This document shows, piece by piece, positions 48,922-57,202 of a stretch of 64,000 nucleotides of DNA. The stretch is from an uncultured bacterium (lineage in GTDB: Bacteria > Patescibacteriota > Minisyncoccia > Phycocordibacterales > UBA918). How positions within the stretch are numbered: position 1 is the stretch's first letter; each line of letters begins with the position of its first letter. The position numbers and the translations under genes are program-made. The DNA lies in contig CATMPJ010000002.1 in assembly GCA_950073265.1 (NCBI GenBank), forward strand, positions 2,638 through 66,637, read 5' to 3'. Below the pieces are notes generated by a model that did no database searches, was not told the DNA's origin, and saw nothing but the letters and a program-made list of their open reading frames with translations.

Positions 48922-49653
48922 ATGTACAGAGCGTCAAACACGTTTTCTGTACCTCAAGCTGTAACTACAACAGTCTTTGTAGTATTGGGACTGTCATTAC
49001 TCAACTTGTTGGTGTTTCGCTTTGCGGAAGCAACTAATCTAGAGGTTGTAACAGCTCCTGACACCTCAGCAGATGTAGGGGATGGTGTTCAAACTGACGC
49101 CGAACTCACATTCTTTGTTACTGGTGTAACTGCCGGCACGGTAGTTGGCGAAAATGTAACAAAAGATGACACTGCGGCAACTGTCGTTCCGTTTGGATCA
49201 CTTGCTGTTGATGAGGCGGCAACCGCTGCACAGCAGTTGGCAGTAGAGACAAGCTCCCCACAAGGGTTTGCTGTAACGGTTCAAACCAATCGACAGCTAA
49301 CGTCGGAAACGAAAGAAGCGGTCATAGATGGATACATTGGTGGTACTTATATCGATGTGCCCACTGCTTGGACTAGTCCAGTCCCAGTTCCAGGTTCCGA
49401 AAATACATACGGTCACTGGGGTATCTCTTCAGATGATACAACAGATATGCCAATGAATTTCGCAAATGCTTCTCATTTCGTTTCCGCCTCTACATCACCC
49501 ACTACTGTTTTTAATGGAAATGGGTCAACAGTTGAGACGGCTGGCGATAAAAATACTGCAACAGTAATCTATAAAGCAGAGGTTTCTGCTTTACAGGAAG
49601 TTAGTAATGACTACACTGCCCAAGTCACTTACGTGGCTACGCCAAAAATCTAG
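48922..49653 (+). CDS. hypothetical secreted Thr/Ala-rich protein
   Basis: N-terminal hydrophobic signal; no motif (WxL motifs not clearly present). Confidence 0.4.
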   Translation: MYRASNTFSVPQAVTTTVFVVLGLSLLNLLVFRFAEATNLEVVTAPDTSADVGDGVQTDAELTFFVTGVTAGTVVGENVTKDDTAATVVPFGSLAVDEAATAAQQLAVETSSPQGFAVTVQTNRQLTSETKEAVIDGYIGGTYIDVPTAWTSPVPVPGSENTYGHWGISSDDTTDMPMNFANASHFVSASTSPTTVFNGNGSTVETAGDKNTATVIYKAEVSALQEVSNDYTAQVTYVATPKI

Positions 49654-49684
49654 CTACTCACACTAATGTAAAGCTTGGGGTTGC

Positions 49685-49720
49685 AAAAAACCTATCTCCC
49701 ACCACGAGAGGGTTTTTTGT
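49685..49720 (+). terminator. intrinsic terminator
   Basis: AAAAAACC-(internal CTC/GAG)-GGTTTTTT hairpin then TGTTTGG. Confidence 0.5.
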
Positions 49721-49754
49721 TTGGTGACAAGTGACATACTGCTATACTGTGTAT

Positions 49755-49856
49755 ATGGAACAAAAAGTTGTAGCATTGTTGATTGTCATCTTCTCTTTAT
49801 TAGTTGGCGGCATGCTAGTGTATGCTTTTTTACTGGGTCTTGAGAAGAGTATATAG
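49755..49856 (+). CDS. unannotated 33-aa hydrophobic peptide (MEQKVVALLIVIFSLLVGGMLVYAFLLGLEKSI) with own -10 box and downstream hairpin
   Basis: TATACT -10 at 49742-49747; 7-bp inverted repeat CTGGGTC/GACCCAG spanning the stop codon followed by T-rich tract. Confidence 0.3.
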   Translation: MEQKVVALLIVIFSLLVGGMLVYAFLLGLEKSI

Positions 49857-49979
49857 ACCCAGACTTTCTTTATTGTTGAGAAAGCTAGCAGGTGTTTGGG
49901 AGCATTTCATGATGAGCGTGATTTGACTATCACCGGTCCACGTTTTTGAAATGAGTTATTTAGTCTATAATAAGCACAT

Positions 49980-51035
49980 ATGTCATTGAGTCGGATTGTT
50001 GAGTATGTATTCTTTTTTGGACTACTCTTATTCTCGGGCTATCTAGTGTGGCAAATAGCTGCACCTTTTATAACCGCCTTAGCGTTGTCGGCAATCATTG
50101 TAACGATTTGCCAACCGCTGCATACTAAAATTCTTTCTATCACACCACGACGCAATGAAACACTTGCGGCATTTTTGAGCACTCTTACAGTGTTGTTGGT
50201 TTTGATTTTGCCTTTATTTTTACTAACCTCACTGCTCGTCAGTCAAATTGTAAGTTTCTATCAAGAATTAAGCGGAACCGGGGCGGGGGAAGTTACTGCT
50301 TTTATCGAGTCACTCGAGGCCAGTCTCGCCATGTACATACCTGGTTTCAACGTCAATCTGTTAAATGTAACTCAACAAACAGCTGGTTGGTTTGCAGAAA
50401 ATCTAGGCTCAATATTTGCGGGTACCATTTCAACTCTCTTTACTTTTTTTATTGCCATGATTGGTGCCTTTTATTTCTTCCGCGATGGCAATCAGATGCT
50501 AGAGTTGCTAGTTAAGGCTAGTCCGCTACCAGACAATGAAGACAGAATTATCGTCGCCCGAACTGCCAGAGCAGTTCGGGCAGTGGCCACTGGTACCTTA
50601 TTGCTTGCTGTTATTCAAGGAACGTTGGTTGCAGTCGGTTTTGCAGTCGTTGGAATTCAAAACGCTATTCTGTGGGGTTCGCTCGCGTCAGTGGGAGCAT
50701 TGATGCCGGGCATTGGGACTGCTGTGGTGACAGTCCCAGCGATTATAATTTTATTTGCGACAGGGCAGGTATGGCAGGCTGGTCTCCTCTTAATCTGGGC
50801 TTCCTTAGTCGTTGGTCTGGTAGATAATTTTGTGGGTCCGTACTTAATTGGTCGCGGCAACAACATGCATCCATTTATTATTCTTATTTCTGTGTTGGGA
50901 GGAATATCGGCGTTTGGTCCGATTGGATTTATTGTAGGTCCCGTTATCGTGACATTATTTTTCATTTTACTTGAAATATATAACCAATACATTATAAAAG
51001 AACAACGTATAACCGAATTAGATGAAGTCGTATGA
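49980..51035 (+). CDS. AI-2E family transporter (PerM/YdiK-like)
   Basis: 8 TM segments; conserved C-terminal GPYLIGRGNNMHPFIILISVLGG...FGPIGFIVGP. Confidence 0.75.
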   Translation: MSLSRIVEYVFFFGLLLFSGYLVWQIAAPFITALALSAIIVTICQPLHTKILSITPRRNETLAAFLSTLTVLLVLILPLFLLTSLLVSQIVSFYQELSGTGAGEVTAFIESLEASLAMYIPGFNVNLLNVTQQTAGWFAENLGSIFAGTISTLFTFFIAMIGAFYFFRDGNQMLELLVKASPLPDNEDRIIVARTARAVRAVATGTLLLAVIQGTLVAVGFAVVGIQNAILWGSLASVGALMPGIGTAVVTVPAIIILFATGQVWQAGLLLIWASLVVGLVDNFVGPYLIGRGNNMHPFIILISVLGGISAFGPIGFIVGPVIVTLFFILLEIYNQYIIKEQRITELDEVV

Positions 51036-51460
51036 TGAGTCGTGACCAATTAGAAAAGCTTCTGAAGCTTAATGGCCTTGAGCCAACAGCCAAAGATGAG
51101 GAGATTAAGTCAATTTTGCTTAGTGCTCGCTATAATAATGACGAAGTTGATACTGCGATAATGATTCTCCGTGAGAATGTGAACAGCCATAAAACTAAAG
51201 TGGATGGTTTACATAAGGTGTTTCGAACCGACACAGCACTTAATTCCGCAGAGATTTCTTCACTGCTCGGCATTGATGTGGATTTAGAACACCATGTAAA
51301 TGCTGGCGCTAGTGCCAGGCAATTTACTATTATGAGCCAGACTATTCTGTTCCTTATTTCGATCATTATCGGCATTGTTGGTGTGTTGGTCTACATGTAT
51401 ATTTTTCATATTGGCATCTTTCACCCGTCCTCAGCCATCGCTGCGCCACTTTTAAAATGA
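51032..51460 (+). CDS. hypothetical protein with C-terminal TM helix
   Basis: 142 aa, overlaps neighbours by 4 nt on both sides (operon). Confidence 0.35.
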   Translation: MMSRDQLEKLLKLNGLEPTAKDEEIKSILLSARYNNDEVDTAIMILRENVNSHKTKVDGLHKVFRTDTALNSAEISSLLGIDVDLEHHVNAGASARQFTIMSQTILFLISIIIGIVGVLVYMYIFHIGIFHPSSAIAAPLLK

Positions 51461-52587
51461 AACAAATAGTAGTCGCTCTGTTGGGTGGTGTGCTTTTTGT
51501 CCAAATCATTCAACTAGAATCACCCTATACTTTTCCGGAGACAGCCATTGGTGCAATCTCTCCAATCACAGAAGTGGCTATGGATGTTCCAAACATTTCC
51601 CAGTTTATTTCAAAGCGTATTGCAAACCGAGCAGCAACAGAAAAGTATGATTCGGTCTTGTTTGTAGGTGACGTCATGCTGGCTCGCAATGTCGAGGTGC
51701 TTTCTAAAAGGTATGGGTATGAGTACCCTTACGCTGGTCTCTCGCTGCGAGCCCTCGGAAATAATCCAGCTGTATTCGCAAACTTCGAGTCAGCGTCGGC
51801 GCCTACGCACTCACTTACACCAGCATATACTATGCGCTTCTCTACCAATCCAGTTTTGCTTCCAGCTTTAGCAGCGTCTGGCTATACGCACGTGTCTTTA
51901 GCAAATAATCATACTTTCGATTATGGTATTGCTGGTTACGAGCAGGCGATTTCAGGATTAGAAGCAGTAGGCATTGAAACAGTAGGCTGCCCTAATACCG
52001 TTTCCTGCGTGCGTGCTTCGCATCTGTATGTGGATGGAGTGCGTGTTTCAGTCATTGCTGTTGAGGATGTCGCAACAAAGTTACAACTTTCCGAAACCAC
52101 TTCTTTATTACATGAAGTGTCTAAATCTTCTGATATACAAGTTGTATACATACATTGGGGCAACGAGTACGAGCTAACTAACAGCAGACAGCAACGACAA
52201 TTGGCTGAAGAAATGGTTGCCGCTGGTGCGGACTTGATAGTTGGCCATCACCCGCATGTGGTACAAAACGTAGAGGTAATTGACGGCGTGCCAGTTTTTT
52301 ACTCACTGGGTAACTATATATTTGATCAGTATTTTAGTACTGAAGTTATGGAAGGCTTGGTGTTAAAATTAGAAGTGAAACCCGAACCCAAGGTCACTCT
52401 ATACCCGGTAAGCACAGCGGCTGGTTTGTCCCAACCAAGTCTCATGGAAGGTAACGAAAAAATATCTTTTCTTCACAGTCTCGGGCAACGCTCTGGCGAT
52501 GTGGCGTCGCATATAGTGCAAAGAGAAATAGCGTTACCGGAATGGTTGGCAATGCGACAAAAAACGGCTATGATTACTAAACAATGA
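51457..52587 (+). CDS. capA: CapA/PgsA-family metallophosphatase-like protein (poly-gamma-glutamate capsule synthesis family)
   Basis: FVGDVMLARNV, ANNHTFDYG, GHHPHVVQ, YSLGNYIFDQ. Confidence 0.7.
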   Translation: MKQIVVALLGGVLFVQIIQLESPYTFPETAIGAISPITEVAMDVPNISQFISKRIANRAATEKYDSVLFVGDVMLARNVEVLSKRYGYEYPYAGLSLRALGNNPAVFANFESASAPTHSLTPAYTMRFSTNPVLLPALAASGYTHVSLANNHTFDYGIAGYEQAISGLEAVGIETVGCPNTVSCVRASHLYVDGVRVSVIAVEDVATKLQLSETTSLLHEVSKSSDIQVVYIHWGNEYELTNSRQQRQLAEEMVAAGADLIVGHHPHVVQNVEVIDGVPVFYSLGNYIFDQYFSTEVMEGLVLKLEVKPEPKVTLYPVSTAAGLSQPSLMEGNEKISFLHSLGQRSGDVASHIVQREIALPEWLAMRQKTAMITKQ

Positions 52588-53084
52588 TGTTTAAACGCGC
52601 AGAAATTATTGTCGGTATGATAAGCGTTGTCTGTATCGTTTTTGCGTTTCTTTTAGTCCAGTCAAGACCATTAGTGTCTGCAGAGGGTGCGGTTAGTCAA
52701 GCGACTGCAGTGCAAGCTGGATTAGTTAATGAGCAAGAAGAGCTCATGAATAATGAAAATCAACAAAATATGAACGTACAAGATATAAAAGTAGGGACAG
52801 GTAGTGCAGTTGAAGACGGCGATACGGTTGTGGTGCACTACAGTGGTCGGTTAGAAAATGGGCAAGAGTTTGATAATTCACAAAAGCGCGGCGCGCCACT
52901 TGAGTTTACAGTCGGAGCGGGACAGGTGATTGCAGGTTGGGAGCAGGGTCTTTTGGGGATGAAAGTTGGGGGTGAGCGCGTTTTAAACATCCCGCCTGAA
53001 CTAGCCTACGGGGAGCAGGGTATTGGTCCTATTCCTGGCGGTGCAACCTTAACGTTCACTATTGAGCTACTGGAAATCAAGTAA
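52584..53084 (+). CDS. FKBP-type peptidyl-prolyl cis-trans isomerase, membrane-anchored
   Basis: VVVHYSGRLENGQEFDNS...VIAGWEQGLLGMKVGGER...GATLTFTIELLEI. Confidence 0.8.
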   Translation: MMFKRAEIIVGMISVVCIVFAFLLVQSRPLVSAEGAVSQATAVQAGLVNEQEELMNNENQQNMNVQDIKVGTGSAVEDGDTVVVHYSGRLENGQEFDNSQKRGAPLEFTVGAGQVIAGWEQGLLGMKVGGERVLNIPPELAYGEQGIGPIPGGATLTFTIELLEIK

Positions 53085-54286
53085 TGCAGAACCCCGCGAT
53101 ATCTTTTGAAATAGTTAAGAGACAGCCCGGCACTTTAGGCCGGGCTGGTGTTATTCATACTCCGCACGGTGATATTGAGACACCCGCTTTCGTCGTGGTT
53201 GGTACCAAAGGTACGGTCAAAAGTATCAAGCCTGAAGATATGGCTACGTACGTTGGCAACCAGGTTGCGTTAGCCAACACCTACCATTTATTTCTTCAAC
53301 CTGGCGATGACGTTGTGCGCGATGCTGGAGGATTGCATCAGTTTGCACATTGGGATTTACCAACGATGACTGACAGTGGGGGCTTCCAGGTTTTCTCACT
53401 CGGTGCCGCGTTTGGTAAAGGAGTGACTAAATTTGCTAAAGGAGAGGTTACTGAATCTCAGGAAAAGACGGAATTGAACGTGTACTCCAAAGAGGTTGCC
53501 GCAGAGCACGGAAAATTATGTGTAATTGATGACGAGGGCGTAACTTTCACGTCACACTTGGATGGCTCAATGCACCGCTTTACTGCTGAGCGATCAATCG
53601 ATATTCAGCATAATATTGGTGCCGATATTATTGTGGCATTTGATGAGTGTACGAGCCCTACAGCAGACAAAGAATATCAGCGGGAAGCGATGGAGCGCAC
53701 GCACCGCTGGGCCAAACGCAGTATTTTGGCACACAAGCAAAATTACGAAGCCCTTAAAAAACAAGGTCTATATGGCGTTGTGCAAGGGGGGAGACATCTT
53801 GATTTGCGGAAAGAAAGCGCAACGGTATTGTCAGCAATGGATTTTGACGGCTTTGGTATAGGAGGGAGTTTTTCTAAAGAAGATTTAGGTGAGGCGTTGC
53901 GGGTGGTAAATGAGGTATTGCCAGAAGATAAACCACGTCATTTGCTTGGTATCGGTGAACCGGAAGACATCATTGAAGGGGTGCGACTGGGTTGCGATAC
54001 GTTTGATTGTGTAGCTCCGACACGAATTGCTCGCACTGGAACTATTTATGAGCGCACCAACGAAGGTCATCGACGGACGAATTTATTAAATGCCAAATAT
54101 ACCAGAGACTCTGGGAAGCCAGATGAGTCATGTGATTGTTATGTCTGTCAAAACTATACCAAAGCGTATCTGGCTCACCTTTTTCGGTCGCGCGAAATGC
54201 TCGGTCCACACTTAGCGTCGCTTCATAATCTCTACTACATTGTTAATTTCACAAAGCGACTGCGAGAGACTATACTCAATACATAA
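53084..54286 (+). CDS. tgt: queuine tRNA-ribosyltransferase
   Basis: DSGGFQV nucleophile region, CDCYVCQNY zinc site, HLASLHNLYY. Confidence 0.9.
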   Translation: MQNPAISFEIVKRQPGTLGRAGVIHTPHGDIETPAFVVVGTKGTVKSIKPEDMATYVGNQVALANTYHLFLQPGDDVVRDAGGLHQFAHWDLPTMTDSGGFQVFSLGAAFGKGVTKFAKGEVTESQEKTELNVYSKEVAAEHGKLCVIDDEGVTFTSHLDGSMHRFTAERSIDIQHNIGADIIVAFDECTSPTADKEYQREAMERTHRWAKRSILAHKQNYEALKKQGLYGVVQGGRHLDLRKESATVLSAMDFDGFGIGGSFSKEDLGEALRVVNEVLPEDKPRHLLGIGEPEDIIEGVRLGCDTFDCVAPTRIARTGTIYERTNEGHRRTNLLNAKYTRDSGKPDESCDCYVCQNYTKAYLAHLFRSREMLGPHLASLHNLYYIVNFTKRLRETILNT

Positions 54287-54289
54287 TCT

Positions 54290-56305
54290 ATGGCATTTGA
54301 AATTAGCACAGATAAGACGCCGGCTGGTGATCAGCCAAAAGCCATTGAATCTTTGGTTAATGGTATTAACACTGGTGAGCAACATCAGGTACTTTTGGGG
54401 GTGACGGGTTCTGGTAAAACCTTTACTGGAGCCAACGTGATTCAACAAATTCAGAAGCCTACCTTAGTAATTGCCCACAACAAGACACTGGCTGCTCAGT
54501 TGGCACAAGAATACCGCGATTTTTTTCCTAATAACGCAGTGCACTACTTTGTTTCGTATTACGACTACTATCAGCCAGAGGCGTACATGCCTACCTCTGA
54601 TACCTACATTGAAAAAGAAGCTCAGATTAATGAAGAGATCGATCGCTTACGCCACGCCTCTACTCAAGCGCTGCTGACACGTGAAGACGTGATAATTGTT
54701 GCATCAGTATCATGTATTTATGGACTCGGAGCACCGGCCGAGTACTTGAAGAAGCACTTAAAAATTGAAAAGGGTTTTCAAACCACTCGAACAGAGATGT
54801 TACGCACTTTGGTTGACATGTATTTTGAACGTACTACTGCCGATCTGAATCCGGGCCAGTTCCGAGCAGTTGGAAACACGGTTGAAATTATGCCAACTAA
54901 TGAACGGGTAATCTACCGTCTTGGCTTTTCCGGGCCTGCTATTGGCTCCATCACCAAAATTGATGGTGTGACACGTGAAGTCATTGGTGAACCAGAAGTA
55001 TTTTTCTTATTTCCAGCCAAACATTTTGTGACTCCTGAAGATGAGCGCAAAGTGGCCATGCAAGACATTAAACTGGAACTTGATGAGCAGCTAGCAAAGT
55101 TTAAAGAGGAAGGTAAGTTGCTTGAAGCAGAGCGATTAAAACGCCGTACAGAGCACGATTTGGCCCTGATTCGTGAAGTCGGGTACTGTAATGGTATTGA
55201 GAATTATTCACGGCATTTTGACCGACGCAAGCCAGGTGAAGCGCCGTATACGTTGCTATCATATTTTCCTCACAAAGAAGACGGTACACCAGATTTTCTT
55301 ACTATCATTGATGAGTCGCACGTCACCGTGCCACAACTTAATGGTATGTATGCTGGTGACCGATCGCGCAAAGATACGCTTGTCGAACACGGTTTTCGCT
55401 TGCCGAGTGCGGTTGATAACAGGCCGCTGCGCTTTGCGGAGTTTGAAGAGCGCGTGGGACAGATCATTTACACGACCGCTACTCCTGGCAAATATGAACT
55501 GAAAAAGATTGCGGACGCTGGTTTAGAACCGGTGGAGCAAATCATTCGACCGACCGGATTGGTGGATCCAAAAATCGACATGCGACCGGTAACCGGTACA
55601 ACGGAGTATCCTGGTCAAATTAAAGATTTTATCACTGAAGCCGAAGAGACAATCAAGCGAGGGGCCCGAGTGCTGGTGACCACACTCACGAAGCAGATGG
55701 CCGAAGACCTGACTGATTTTCTTGAGGAAAAAAACATTAAAACTAAGTACATACACAGCGATGTCGAAACTATCGAACGGATTGAGATTTTGACGGATTT
55801 CAGAAAAGGAATATTTGATTGTTTGGTTGGTGTAAACCTGTTACGGGAAGGATTAGATTTGCCAGAAGTGGAGTTGGTGGCGATTCTTGATGCAGACAAG
55901 TCAGGCTTTCTAAGAAGTGAAACCGCTCTCATTCAAACTATTGGTCGAGCAGCTCGAAACGTAGATGGGCGAGTGATTTTATACGCGGACGAAATGACAG
56001 AAGCGCTCGAATACGCGGTTGGTGAGACAAATCGTCGGCGGGAACTACAGCTTGCGTATAACAAGGAACATAAGATTACACCTAAGACAATTGCTAAGGA
56101 AATAAAGTCTATTGCTGATCAGATGCGCACACAACATGATGAAACAGTTGATGAGCTATTGAGGGTAGACATAGAGTTGTACAAGAAGAATCCTAAAAAA
56201 TTCCTAAAAGAAAAGCGTCGGCAAATGGAAGAGGCGGTTTCTCTGCTTGATTTTGAAACTGCAGCTGTGATACGTGACGAAATCAAGTATTTTGAAAAAC
56301 TGTAG
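54290..56305 (+). CDS. uvrB: excinuclease ABC subunit B
   Basis: GVTGSGKTF Walker A, beta-hairpin region, DEAH-like DESHV, C-terminal UVR domain (ETAAVIRDEIK). Confidence 0.95.
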   Translation: MAFEISTDKTPAGDQPKAIESLVNGINTGEQHQVLLGVTGSGKTFTGANVIQQIQKPTLVIAHNKTLAAQLAQEYRDFFPNNAVHYFVSYYDYYQPEAYMPTSDTYIEKEAQINEEIDRLRHASTQALLTREDVIIVASVSCIYGLGAPAEYLKKHLKIEKGFQTTRTEMLRTLVDMYFERTTADLNPGQFRAVGNTVEIMPTNERVIYRLGFSGPAIGSITKIDGVTREVIGEPEVFFLFPAKHFVTPEDERKVAMQDIKLELDEQLAKFKEEGKLLEAERLKRRTEHDLALIREVGYCNGIENYSRHFDRRKPGEAPYTLLSYFPHKEDGTPDFLTIIDESHVTVPQLNGMYAGDRSRKDTLVEHGFRLPSAVDNRPLRFAEFEERVGQIIYTTATPGKYELKKIADAGLEPVEQIIRPTGLVDPKIDMRPVTGTTEYPGQIKDFITEAEETIKRGARVLVTTLTKQMAEDLTDFLEEKNIKTKYIHSDVETIERIEILTDFRKGIFDCLVGVNLLREGLDLPEVELVAILDADKSGFLRSETALIQTIGRAARNVDGRVILYADEMTEALEYAVGETNRRRELQLAYNKEHKITPKTIAKEIKSIADQMRTQHDETVDELLRVDIELYKKNPKKFLKEKRRQMEEAVSLLDFETAAVIRDEIKYFEKL

Positions 56306-56349
56306 GAAAACTTATTTTAATAGGTGGCAAGGGTGATACTATTACCAGT

Positions 56350-57147
56350 ATGGACAATCGTGAGGTAATTGTGGTCTCAGATACACCTGAGAAACCCTAT
56401 CTACAGAGTATTCTTGAGAAAATCGCTGCTGCAGGCCATAAGATTAGTAAACAAAAACTATCTGAAGTTAATATAAAGGAGTGTGAGGCAAGTAAGTGTG
56501 TACTGATACTTGATATGACCGCTGACGCCGCTGAGAAAGTCACTTTTTTGGAGCGCCTCCAAAAAATGAATATCACACAAGATGTTTCAACTTTTCCGAT
56601 TATTGCTTCTGGGACAGACACTGACACAAATGAATTACTTGAAAAAGGGGCGGCAGATGTCTTAATTGAGAACCAGGGTGTAGAAAGAGCTCTTCTCAAG
56701 CTAGGCCAATCAATCGACATGAATTTACTGCCGAACGATACTGATTTAAATATTTCGACCACGCCGATACCAAAAGCTTTAAAAAACATTAAGGTCCTGG
56801 TGATTGAAGACGACGTTTTGCTTAGAAACCTCTTAACAACCCGTCTGGAACAAGCAAACATAAAATGTGAATTTTCTACTGATGGCATCGACGTTCCGAC
56901 AATAATAAATAGCTATCAGCCATCAGTTATTTTGCTAGATATCATGTTGCCGGGCAAAGACGGTTTAGACGTACTTCAAGAAGTAAGAGACGCAGGACAT
57001 ACAAATGTTCCGGTGATTGTATTCTCAAATCGTGACGAACAGTCAGATAGAAAACGAGCTGAAGAGTTAGGGGCTAAAGAATATTACGTTAAAGCGATGA
57101 CCGATCTTTCAGATCTCGTTAAGACCATTGAAGCTATTGCTGCTTAA
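56350..57147 (+). CDS. response regulator with tandem receiver domains (degenerate N-terminal, canonical C-terminal), no output domain
   Basis: C-terminal REC: VLVIEDD...ILLDIMLPGKDG...IVFSN...KAEELGAKEYYVKA; N-terminal half REC-like. Confidence 0.65.
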   Translation: MDNREVIVVSDTPEKPYLQSILEKIAAAGHKISKQKLSEVNIKECEASKCVLILDMTADAAEKVTFLERLQKMNITQDVSTFPIIASGTDTDTNELLEKGAADVLIENQGVERALLKLGQSIDMNLLPNDTDLNISTTPIPKALKNIKVLVIEDDVLLRNLLTTRLEQANIKCEFSTDGIDVPTIINSYQPSVILLDIMLPGKDGLDVLQEVRDAGHTNVPVIVFSNRDEQSDRKRAEELGAKEYYVKAMTDLSDLVKTIEAIAA

Positions 57148-57202
57148 TTATCGACAGTTTTAAACAGCCAAGGGACGTGGTTGCTATATACTATGAATAA
57201 GT

